Assembly: GCA_017887885.1 (NCBI GenBank)
Contig: JAGHHB010000066.1
Location: 1-43,443, forward strand
Origin: Bacilli bacterium
GTDB taxonomy: Bacteria > Bacillota_I > Bacilli_A > RF39 > UBA660
Direction: 5' to 3'
DNA length: 43,443 bases
Each line of letters starts with the position of its first letter. The stretch's first letter is position 1. Positions 36,388 to 43,443 of this stretch are shown here, piece by piece. The notes beneath the pieces were generated by a model, which worked only from the letters and a program-made list of their open reading frames with translations, was not told the origin of the DNA and ran no database searches. A program made the translations under genes and the position numbers.

Positions 36388-37523
36388 CCAATCATAACAT
36401 CTTTAATATTACGCAAGAGAATGGTAAGAAAATTAGCTTTTTTAATATCTTTTGCTACTGTCGCATCTACTACCGAGATTATTTCTCCATTTTCAATAAT
36501 ATTAATAGTTCCCACTTTGGTGCCCTTTTTGATAGGAGCTACTAACTTATTTAACTTCGCTTCATATGTAATATTGCGATTCTCATCAGATTTTTTACTT
36601 AAAATAGTTATCGTTTCTTTAGGAACAATATCAATTTTCAGTTCCTTTCCTAATTCTACTTCTACCTTATCAATGACTGTATTTTCATCAATAATATTCT
36701 TTACCATATATACATTATATCCATAATCTAACATTTTACTTGTATCACTACTTCTACTAGCTGTATTAGGTTCATTCATAACAACAGTAATTAAACGCAT
36801 ATTTTCTTTTTTAGCTGTGGCTGTCAAACAGTAACCTGCTTCATCAGTAAAGCCAGTCTTTAAACCGTCTACTCCTTGATAGAATCTAACTAGTCTATTA
36901 GTGTTGACAAGCCAAAATGGATTTTCTGTATCTTTTCTTAAATAATCTTCATATGTACCTGTAAATTCAAGAATCTTCTCATGTTTTACTAATTCTTTAG
37001 CAATTAAACTCATATCATAAGCACTAGAATAATGATTATCCGCTGTAAGACCAGTCGAATTGACAAAATTTGTATTTTTTAATCCCAATTCTTTTGCTCG
37101 CGTATTCATTTTTTTTACAAAATTTTCTTCCGAACCCGCTATTCTTTCTGCCATCGCCACTGTTGCGTCATTACCTGAAGCAATCGATATTCCCTTGAGC
37201 ATCTCTGTAACCGTCATCTTTTCTCCAGCCTTTAAAAAAATTTGACTTCCTCCCATCGACGAAGCTTTCTCTGAAGCAGTTATTTCCTCATCCCATTTTA
37301 AATTACCTTTTTCTATCTCCTCCATAATTAAAAGCATACTCATCATCTTTGTCATAGAAGCGGGAGCAAGCCTTTCATTAGCATTTTTTTGAAATAATAT
37401 TTCTCCGGTTGTAGCCTCAATCATAATTGCCGATTTTGCATTTGGAGCTAAATCTTCCATTTCTTCACCCTTAACTAAAGGAATAAAAATAAGAAAAAGA
37501 ATAAATACTAATAATTTCTTCAT
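36372..37523 (-). CDS. dacF: D-alanyl-D-alanine carboxypeptidase (PBP5 family, DacF/DacB-like)
   Basis: Signal peptide plus the SxxK (ASMTKMM), SxN (SGND) and KTG (LKTGFT) motifs. Position upstream of spoIIAA-sigF matches Bacillus. Confidence 0.85.
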   Translation of the reverse strand: MKKLLVFILFLIFIPLVKGEEMEDLAPNAKSAIMIEATTGEILFQKNANERLAPASMTKMMSMLLIMEEIEKGNLKWDEEITASEKASSMGGSQIFLKAGEKMTVTEMLKGISIASGNDATVAMAERIAGSEENFVKKMNTRAKELGLKNTNFVNSTGLTADNHYSSAYDMSLIAKELVKHEKILEFTGTYEDYLRKDTENPFWLVNTNRLVRFYQGVDGLKTGFTDEAGYCLTATAKKENMRLITVVMNEPNTASRSSDTSKMLDYGYNVYMVKNIIDENTVIDKVEVELGKELKIDIVPKETITILSKKSDENRNITYEAKLNKLVAPIKKGTKVGTINIIENGEIISVVDATVAKDIKKANFLTILLRNIKDVMIGDLKF

Positions 37524-37628
37524 TATATATCACCTAGTAAAAACTATGCTCTGAAATATAAAATATAACATCTTTATATTTGCTATAGTGTTCAGTTCAA
37601 ATATTAAATATCTATTTTTAATAACTAA

Positions 37629-39104
37629 TCAATCTTGTATTTTAATATCGTATACTGAAGGACCATAAATAACATTCCCGTCAATATCAAATCGCGAAGA
37701 ATGACAAGGGCAGTCCCATGTTTTGTCAATATAATTAAATACGAGATTGCATTTCATATGTGGGCATATATTTGATACAATATGTGATTTGTTCTTTTCA
37801 TCAATATAAATACCACATCTTTGACCCTTAATATTTTTAATAATTACTTTATTATCATAATATTTCATTTTAGAATTTAGTTTATTTCTTATATACCTTA
37901 TCCCAATATTAAAATTAAATAAAGGAATATTTTTTATTTTATCTAGAGAAAGACCACGTTTGGGAGAAAAAATTTCACAATATTTATTTTCTTTTTTGAT
38001 AATTAGATCACTAATTATTTTCCCACTAATTGTACCATTAGTATTTCCCCATTTATTAAATCCTGTCGCAATATATAAATTAGGCTTTACTTCCCCAATT
38101 AAAGGCATATCGTCATAAGTCATCAAATCATGTGTATGAAAAAAGAAGTTTGCCTCTTTCTTAAAAAATGTTTTATATTCTTCGGTAATTGTACGATAAT
38201 CATCTCTTATATCTAACTTTTTAGTTGTACTATGACTATTTCTCCCATAAATAAAATAATTATTTTCTTTATCACTATAATAACGCATCGAAATCGAAGG
38301 GTTTCCATTAGATAAAATTTGCACATCTTTCTTACTTTTGACCTCGCCAGCTACAAGAAAAAACTTCTTAACTTCTGTCTTAAAAGGTATAAAATAAGGA
38401 ACGATGAATATTGGATAATGTGTAGTTACTATAATTATTTTACTTTTAATTACATAATTATCAAGCGTCCGCGCAAGATAATAACCATCTTTTGTATCAA
38501 TCGAAACACATCTCGTTTTCTCATAAATTTTGATGTTATTTTTTACTTTTTCTTTAAGTTCTATTAAATACTTATAGGGATTAAAAACAAAACTATTATC
38601 ATCTGTTTCAATAACCAATTTGCTAGGATATGTTATAGGAAGTTGATTATTAATCTTATATTTAATATTATTTTCTTGATAAAATTTTATTTCTTTATTG
38701 AATTTTTCGTAATTTTTTTCCTGATCAGTAAACACATAAGCTTTTGTCTTCGTCAAATTACAATCAATATGATTGTCTTTTACAATGTCATTTATTAATT
38801 TGATAGCTTCTTTCTGACTTTCTAAATATAGGAGGGCCGTCTTTGTATCATAATTTTTTTCAATTTTATGATATATTAGATCTTGCATCCAAGTTAACTT
38901 TCCGGTATTATAACCAGTAGCTCCACTACCACACGTATTTTTATCTATTAAAACAATCTTCCTATTAGTATCCTTTAAATAATAGGCACAAGACAAACCT
39001 GCAATTCCTCCCCCTACTATTAAAATGTCACAACTTATATCTTGATTTAATTTAGGTAGCACTTTTTCTTGGGTATTTACCTTCCAAATACTTTTTGTTT
39101 CCAC
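37629..39104 (-). CDS. FAD-dependent oxidoreductase fused to a C-terminal Rieske [2Fe-2S] domain (YhfW-like)
   Basis: Dinucleotide fold DILIVGGGIAGLSCAYYL and Rieske ligands CPHMKC...CPCHSSRFD. The start is probably GTG 39104 after TGGTGA; the track start GTG 39140 has no RBS. Confidence 0.8.
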   Translation of the reverse strand: METKSIWKVNTQEKVLPKLNQDISCDILIVGGGIAGLSCAYYLKDTNRKIVLIDKNTCGSGATGYNTGKLTWMQDLIYHKIEKNYDTKTALLYLESQKEAIKLINDIVKDNHIDCNLTKTKAYVFTDQEKNYEKFNKEIKFYQENNIKYKINNQLPITYPSKLVIETDDNSFVFNPYKYLIELKEKVKNNIKIYEKTRCVSIDTKDGYYLARTLDNYVIKSKIIIVTTHYPIFIVPYFIPFKTEVKKFFLVAGEVKSKKDVQILSNGNPSISMRYYSDKENNYFIYGRNSHSTTKKLDIRDDYRTITEEYKTFFKKEANFFFHTHDLMTYDDMPLIGEVKPNLYIATGFNKWGNTNGTISGKIISDLIIKKENKYCEIFSPKRGLSLDKIKNIPLFNFNIGIRYIRNKLNSKMKYYDNKVIIKNIKGQRCGIYIDEKNKSHIVSNICPHMKCNLVFNYIDKTWDCPCHSSRFDIDGNVIYGPSVYDIKIQD

Positions 39105-39241
39105 AATTATCACCAATATTATTATGATAAAACTTTTCACTTTTTATGTAAAATATTGATTTAACCTTCTTAACTTACAATGATATAGTTTAAACAAATA
39201 GACAATTTAGACTAATATTAATGTCAAAAAGAAAAGTTTTC

Positions 39242-39250
39242 CATACACTA
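39242..39250 (+). promoter_or_regulatory. candidate mother-cell sigma (K/E type) -10 element CATACACTA
   Basis: Matches CATAnnnTA / CATACAnT, about 30 nt upstream of the YjcZ-family ATG. No clear -35. Confidence 0.3.
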
Positions 39251-39280
39251 TATTAGATATCGTAAAGGAGGTATATATAT

Positions 39281-39463
39281 ATGTATTATTACGGTGGATA
39301 CTCTGGAGGATATGGTAATAGCTGTGGTTGTGGTGGAAATAACTATGGTTACCCAGCTTACGGAGGATATGGCTATGGCGGCGGTTATGGCTATAATGCC
39401 GCTATCATCTTAGTACTATTTATTTTATTAGTAATTATAATTGGTACAAGAGTAGTTGCATAA
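39281..39463 (+). CDS. YjcZ-family sporulation protein (tiny Gly/Tyr-rich TM protein)
   Basis: MYYYGGYSGGYGNSCGCGG..YGGYGYGGGYGY followed by a single TM (IILVLFILLVIIIG). RBS AAGGAGG. Confidence 0.7.
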   Translation: MYYYGGYSGGYGNSCGCGGNNYGYPAYGGYGYGGGYGYNAAIILVLFILLVIIIGTRVVA

Positions 39464-39471
39464 CGAAAGTA

Positions 39472-39500
39472 AAGGGAAAACTATTCCCTTTTTTTCTTTT
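39472..39500 (+). terminator. intrinsic terminator
   Basis: AAGGGAA (39472-39478) / TTCCCTT (39484-39490) followed by a T-run. Confidence 0.8.
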
Positions 39501-39539
39501 TTATGGTAAAATATATTGCATAAAGAAAGGGATGGTATT

Positions 39540-40088
39540 ATGCTCAAAACTAAAGATATACTAGATGAAAAAGATCCTAGAGTTAGAGCTCAAAACAAAG
39601 AAGTTGAGTTTCCTTTATGTGACGAATATAAAGCAATTATACCAGAAATGCTAAAACACTTAAGATATTCCCAAATTGAAAGCCTATCAAAAAAGTACAA
39701 TTTAAGACCCGGCATGGGACTAGCCGCTCCACAATTAGGTATCAATAAAAGATTCTTTGTTGTCTGCTATGAAAAAAGTAAAGGTAAATTTGAAGACTAT
39801 ATTCTAATCAATCCCAAAGTCATCTCATACTCTGAAGAATTAATATATGCCGGTGAAGGAGAAGGATGCTTAAGCGTTAATAGAGAGGTTGAAGGAATTG
39901 TCCCAAGACATGCTAGAATTACTATTGAGGCCTATAATTTAGACGGCAAACTAATTAAATACCGTGCAAGAGAAGACCTTGCCATTGCTTTTCAACACGA
40001 ATTAGATCATTTAGAAGGTATACTATTTACCGACCATATTGATCCAAAAGATCCATACAAAAACGCAGAAAATATGAGAGAAATATAA
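39540..40088 (+). CDS. def: peptide deformylase
   Basis: All three motifs are present: GMGLAAPQ, EGCLS and HELDH. Confidence 0.93.
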   Translation: MLKTKDILDEKDPRVRAQNKEVEFPLCDEYKAIIPEMLKHLRYSQIESLSKKYNLRPGMGLAAPQLGINKRFFVVCYEKSKGKFEDYILINPKVISYSEELIYAGEGEGCLSVNREVEGIVPRHARITIEAYNLDGKLIKYRAREDLAIAFQHELDHLEGILFTDHIDPKDPYKNAENMREI

Positions 40089-40115
40089 AAAAAGCATTTT
40101 ATCGAATGCTTTTTT
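40087..40115. terminator. bidirectional intrinsic terminator
   Basis: AAAGCATT (40091-40098) / AATGCTTT (40105-40112), flanked by an A-run and a T-run between convergent genes. Confidence 0.75.
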
Positions 40116-40122
40116 ATGATCC

Positions 40123-40623
40123 TTATTTCACTAAAAAAATTATCAAAAAGATTATCACCATCAATAACACACCAATTATGATCAAAACTTTATTATTTAA
40201 AAACCCATTCTTATTCATACTGTTGAGTAAATTTATTTTAAACATATCCCTTTCAGCATGATTCTTTGAAACCATAACACCCTTATACGTAGTAAGCTCT
40301 TTTTGATGCCCTTCACTCAATATCTCTTCTGGAGTAATAGTATCTAACATTACTAATTTTTGATTTTCATAAACCGTATAGTGAAGAACAATATCGCCAT
40401 GTACCTTTGAAAAAAGATGATCTGTTGGTAACTTAAATTCATACTTTGTTATTCCATCTTTACTATTTTTGGAAGCAATCACACCCTGAAAATTACCATT
40501 TCTAAGTTCCGGTACACAGCTAAATATTAACTTTTTATATGCTAACATATTATATTTTTTAAGTGACCTTTCTTTTTTATGAAATTCATTTTCATTTAAA
40601 TATTCTACAACATAGGAATGCAT
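40123..40623 (-). CDS. hypothetical tail-anchored membrane protein (166 aa)
   Basis: The ATG at 40623 lies 5 nt after AGGTGA. A soluble N-domain is followed by a C-terminal TM ending ..FLVK. Confidence 0.55.
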   Translation of the reverse strand: MHSYVVEYLNENEFHKKERSLKKYNMLAYKKLIFSCVPELRNGNFQGVIASKNSKDGITKYEFKLPTDHLFSKVHGDIVLHYTVYENQKLVMLDTITPEEILSEGHQKELTTYKGVMVSKNHAERDMFKINLLNSMNKNGFLNNKVLIIIGVLLMVIIFLIIFLVK

Positions 40624-40792
40624 ATCTATCACCTAAAATAATTGTACTACATTTTTTTACTATTGTCACTTGTTTTCAAACAATTTTAAATAAAAACATT
40701 ATTTTTTCTTAACCTTAAACTAAATCATATTCTATAAAATAACAATAAATAAAATTCCTAAAATATTTAGAAGGATTAAGTTATTTAATTAA

Positions 40793-41590
40793 CTAACGAA
40801 ATAACTTTTTCATTAAAACTTTATAATTATCTTCTTCATTACAAACAATATCAAAATATTTGATATATTCATCATATGGTGTTTCTGTTCGTGTCGAAAA
40901 GAAACCAATATTAATAACAGACTTATGATCTTTTGAATCAACCATTCTTAAATCACTTTCTTGGTCACCAAGCAAAATAACATGTTTCTTTGCCACTAAT
41001 TTCTTTTTTATTTCTTCTGGTAATGCAACCTCGTTTTTATTTAAACTATGTGTTATATTAGTATCTACTCCGACTGCCACTCCATCTTTAAAAATAATTC
41101 TATTACTACAAATATAAATATTATCATAATAACAATTATTTTTTTGTAAAAAACACTCGATAAAATTACCAATGCCTGCACTAATAATAATAAGAGGAAT
41201 ATTATTGTCGTGTAAAAAGGCAAGAAAATCTTTAGCACCATCTCTAAACTGCATAACTCTCAAATCAGAGCCAGCTTTTATAAAGACTTCCTCACTAAGT
41301 TTATACTTCACAAATAAATCTATATGTTTTCGATACCATTCGCTTACTAGAGCTGAACGCATTGTAAAATCAAGGCTTTCATCAATTTCAATTGGACGAT
41401 AATAATCATATAATTCTTGCCTTTCTTGTGCATAACTTTTAGGAACTAAATCACTTTCTGAAAGTATTGACCAAGAAGTCTTACTAGCGCCATTAGTAAT
41501 GGTACGATCAAAATCAGTAACAACATAATAACCATTTAACTGATCTTTAGAAATTGGAATCTTCTTTTCCGTTTTCTTATCAATATACAT
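40793..41590 (-). CDS. HAD-superfamily hydrolase, pyrimidine 5'-nucleotidase (UMPH-1/NT5C3)-like
   Basis: Motif I VVTDFDRTIT (DxDxT), ..IISAGIG.. (motif II region) and LLGDQESD (motif IV). The size and cap arrangement recall cytosolic 5'-nucleotidase III. Confidence 0.65.
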   Translation of the reverse strand: MYIDKKTEKKIPISKDQLNGYYVVTDFDRTITNGASKTSWSILSESDLVPKSYAQERQELYDYYRPIEIDESLDFTMRSALVSEWYRKHIDLFVKYKLSEEVFIKAGSDLRVMQFRDGAKDFLAFLHDNNIPLIIISAGIGNFIECFLQKNNCYYDNIYICSNRIIFKDGVAVGVDTNITHSLNKNEVALPEEIKKKLVAKKHVILLGDQESDLRMVDSKDHKSVINIGFFSTRTETPYDEYIKYFDIVCNEEDNYKVLMKKLFR

Positions 41591-42115
41591 TTATCTTTGC
41601 TCCTTCCTTCTTATTTTTCTTTTAATATTAGTAGAATGCGTTAGCATGTGAAAAACAAATGCCTCTATCATAGATATATCAGTATAGTTTGCTTGCCACT
41701 CTTGTATCTTATCTTTCAACTGATCCGCCAAAGTCTCTTGTAACTGCTTTACCATAAAAAAAGCTTCATTTAACTCGTCTAAACTAAGTTTTTCAAGCAT
41801 CAAATCAAAAATTGGTTTTTTCATATAAGAAGTTATCATTTCAAGCTCTTCACGTGAACAATTACCGTAAATATATTTTTCTAAAAGGCACGTTATATAA
41901 TCACACTTTTTATACCAACATTTTGTTTTAAGATCGTCAGATGTTAGCCGATTAACAGGTTTAACATAAAGATCTTTTTTTCGCTCCATCTCGGCAGTAG
42001 ACTCATATGATAACCATTTTAACCATTGCATAGCTTGGAAATAAAAAGTTTTATCTATTTTAAAATTCTGGTCATGTATTACTCTCTCTTTCATATTATT
42101 TAAAATCTTCTCCAA
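41591..42115 (-). CDS. hypothetical protein (about 167-174 aa)
   Basis: Its TAA stop directly abuts the ATG of the HAD gene. The start is either TTG 42115 or ATG 42094, after GGAGA. No recognised domain. Confidence 0.55.
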   Translation of the reverse strand: MEKILNNMKERVIHDQNFKIDKTFYFQAMQWLKWLSYESTAEMERKKDLYVKPVNRLTSDDLKTKCWYKKCDYITCLLEKYIYGNCSREELEMITSYMKKPIFDLMLEKLSLDELNEAFFMVKQLQETLADQLKDKIQEWQANYTDISMIEAFVFHMLTHSTNIKRKIRRKEQR

Positions 42116-42136
42116 TCATGTAATTACACTTAATAT

Positions 42137-42165
42137 ATTATAAGATTTTAACAAGATATTATCAA
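42137..42165 (-). promoter_or_regulatory. sigma-A type promoter for the two-gene operon
   Basis: Minus strand: TTGATA (42165-42160), 17 nt, TATAAT (42142-42137). Confidence 0.5.
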
Positions 42166-42384
42166 AGGCTCTTTAATTGCTTCAATAAATCTCATTTATG
42201 AACGACTTCCTTTACTTTAAAACAAAATTTAAACATTATGTTTTCGATCTATTCAAAAGTATCATACCCCTTTGTACACCATTATTAACTCTGTCAATAA
42301 CCGTAGTATGCTACTATTTTATCAAAAGACAGTTAAAACAACAGTGCAATTAGCTATAAAATTTCTTTTTGCTCTGTGCAAGTT

Positions 42385-42585
42385 CTATCTCTTCTTTTTC
42401 GAAGAATTTAAAACATCTCTAGGAAAACCATCATTATGTGGTAATGAATCTACTGGGTTTTTAAAGGAATGTAATCTTTGCCTTTCATATTTCTCTTCTG
42501 CTTTTAAGTAATCTTCTAATGTTTTATATGAATGCCCATCCCTACTTATATATAAATGTTTGTTGTTATCTTTATTATTTTCCAT
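42385..42585 (-). CDS. small hydrophilic hypothetical protein (66 aa)
   Basis: Strong RBS AAAGGAGAA 7 nt before the ATG. The overlapping plus-strand ORF 42272-42511 starts at TTG without an RBS. Confidence 0.5.
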   Translation of the reverse strand: MENNKDNNKHLYISRDGHSYKTLEDYLKAEEKYERQRLHSFKNPVDSLPHNDGFPRDVLNSSKKKR

Positions 42586-42660
42586 AAATAATTTCTCCTT
42601 TCAACATTATTATAACACATATAATTTAAAATGTAATCAAAAATTTATATGATAGAATAA

Positions 42661-42690
42661 GCATTACATATTTTATAAAATGTGTAATGC
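42661..42690. repeat. 30-bp near-perfect palindrome
   Basis: GCATTACATATTTTA|TAAAATGTGTAATGC, with 14 of 15 positions complementary. Confidence 0.6.
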
Positions 42691-42872
42691 AAAGATTAAG
42701 CTTAAACAAATTATAACGGATGTATAAATATCCATAGTTGTGACACTCTAGCAATTTCTTTTTATTATTCTAATTTGAGAATGTGAATTTTTAAATATTT
42801 AACTATTTATATCACAAACGTAATGAAAAGTAAACAGTTAAAAGAGTTCAATCGTCAGGGAAGGAGTTCTAT

Positions 42873-43122
42873 ATGAAAAAACAATATGTACTTACAATAG
42901 ATGCTGCTAAAGGTAAAAGTATAGTTTCTTTAATTAATTCTTGTGGAGGACTTCTAATTAGTTCATATGAAATAAATCATACCCCTTAAATGATCTTAAA
43001 ACGTTAGATAAAAGAATTAAAAAGTTAAGTTTCTTAATGGTACTACTGTTATTGTGAAATCAACTGGTATTTATCAAATGTCTGTTAAAAGATTCTTTTT
43101 AGGGAATCATTATAGTTTTTAA
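42873..43122 (+). pseudogene. decayed IS110-family (DEDD) transposase N-terminal fragment
   Basis: RBS GGAAGGAG, then MKKQYVLTIDAAKGKSIVSL...EINHTP*. The reading continues in two other frames (..LNDLKTLDKRIKKLSF.. and ..GTTVIVKSTGIYQMSVKRFFLGNHYSF*). This resembles the IS110 N-terminus (GIDv.K ... vvmEaTG.Y). It is truncated and has at least two frame disruptions. Confidence 0.45.
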
Positions 43123-43326
43123 TCTAATATACTCAAAAATGTACAAATGAACTTAAAAAACTAAATTAATTAAAGAATATGCTTCAAATTCATACCAATC
43201 AATAAAGAATTTAGGGTTTGTCAAATAAAAGTGTGTAAGTTGTCTATTATTTCTATATAAAATAATTGTCAAAGAACTTATATCTTTTTTTGCTATTTAT
43301 TATATAATTACAATTTCAAATAAAGA

Positions 43327-43443
43327 TTAAATATACTTACGAACCCTATCTTTAAAATTTGGATCAGAATCTAGTTTATTTCTAATCATTGACCAATTTT
43401 GAATAGTTGAATCATCCCATTTTTTATAAAGTTCTTGAATTCG
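43327..43443 (-). CDS. 3' end of an ORF that runs off the window edge (unknown product)
   Basis: The minus frame is open from the window edge: RIQELYKKWDDSTIQNWSMIRNKLDSDPNFKDRVRKYI*. Confidence 0.3.
   Translation of the reverse strand, partial: RIQELYKKWDDSTIQNWSMIRNKLDSDPNFKDRVRKYI

Noticed and set aside
40123-40623. The stretch KVHGDIVLHYTVYENQKLVMLDTITPEEIL recalled the GDyRiiY...v.il.i core of RelE/ParE toxins. That suggested a membrane-tethered toxin.
   Set aside because: The resemblance is short and degenerate. No antitoxin-sized partner gene is adjacent. A C-terminal TM anchor is not a feature of that family. It is too weak to report as a call without a profile search.
353-42511. 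Many 60-100-aa ORFs in the supplied track lie inside or antisense to larger, well-supported genes. They are 353-574, 2101-2298, 4942-5130, 9953-10159, 10086-10334, 11093-11299, 13656-13877, 15150-15446, 16360-16593, 18276-18479, 20817-21047, 21483-21746, 23108-23308, 24527-24748, 24989-25243, 25329-25544, 28338-28529, 28721-28948, 29374-29577, 29833-30036, 32030-32257, 32435-32620, 33212-33412, 36421-36726, 37060-37245, 38319-38567, 41172-41402 and 42272-42511.
   Set aside because: Each overlaps a gene with clear family motifs on the other strand or in another frame. They lack RBSs and have low-complexity, Ile/Leu/Phe/Ser-rich composition, as expected from antisense reading of AT-rich coding DNA.
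1-43443. I scanned the whole window for CRISPR-like direct-repeat arrays, tandem repeats, tRNA or rRNA genes, reverse transcriptase (retron/DGR) genes and known defence-system signatures.
   Set aside because: Reading both strands by eye, I found no regularly spaced repeats, no tRNA-like GGTTCGAATCC arms, no rRNA segments and no RT, nuclease or helicase cassettes. A by-eye scan cannot fully exclude short or degenerate elements.

Overview
This is a very AT-rich chromosomal segment (roughly 25-30% GC by eye) from an endospore-forming Firmicute. Gene order is Bacillus-like: frr; T-box-pheS-pheT; yqfC-yqfD; nusB-xseA-xseB with convergent spoIVB; spoIIM; xerD; rarA; tcdA(yrvM)/aspS; dtd-relA-secDF-comN-like; dacF ... 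spoIIAA-sigF; def. That order, a fused SecDF and the low GC fit an Erysipelotrichales-like Bacilli lineage, but this is inference only. I call about 50 CDSs, mostly housekeeping and sporulation genes: CotZ/CotY-like coat protein, YqfC, YqfD, SpoIVB, SpoIIM, DacF-like PBP, SpoIIAA-like STAS protein, sigma-F-like factor and a YjcZ-family peptide. I also call two T-box leaders (pheST with a clear GAA-UUC-A specifier; aspS with an unusually short Stem I). Other elements are a probable 6S RNA between aspS and tcdA, several sigma-A-type promoters and intrinsic terminators, a decayed IS110-type transposase relic, and a 37-aa membrane-peptide gene missing from the ORF track. I saw no rRNA, tRNA, CRISPR array, reverse transcriptase or recognisable defence cassette. 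The window is mostly ordinary core genome. The most unusual points are: (i) a dacF-X-spoIIAA-sigF locus with no spoIIAB anti-sigma kinase; (ii) the atypical aspS T-box; (iii) the unannotated structured RNA; (iv) the stand-alone small membrane-peptide gene; (v) lineage-specific genes of unknown function at 12.9-14.7 kb and 40.1-42.6 kb. All functional calls rest on motif recognition by eye; no database search was run.
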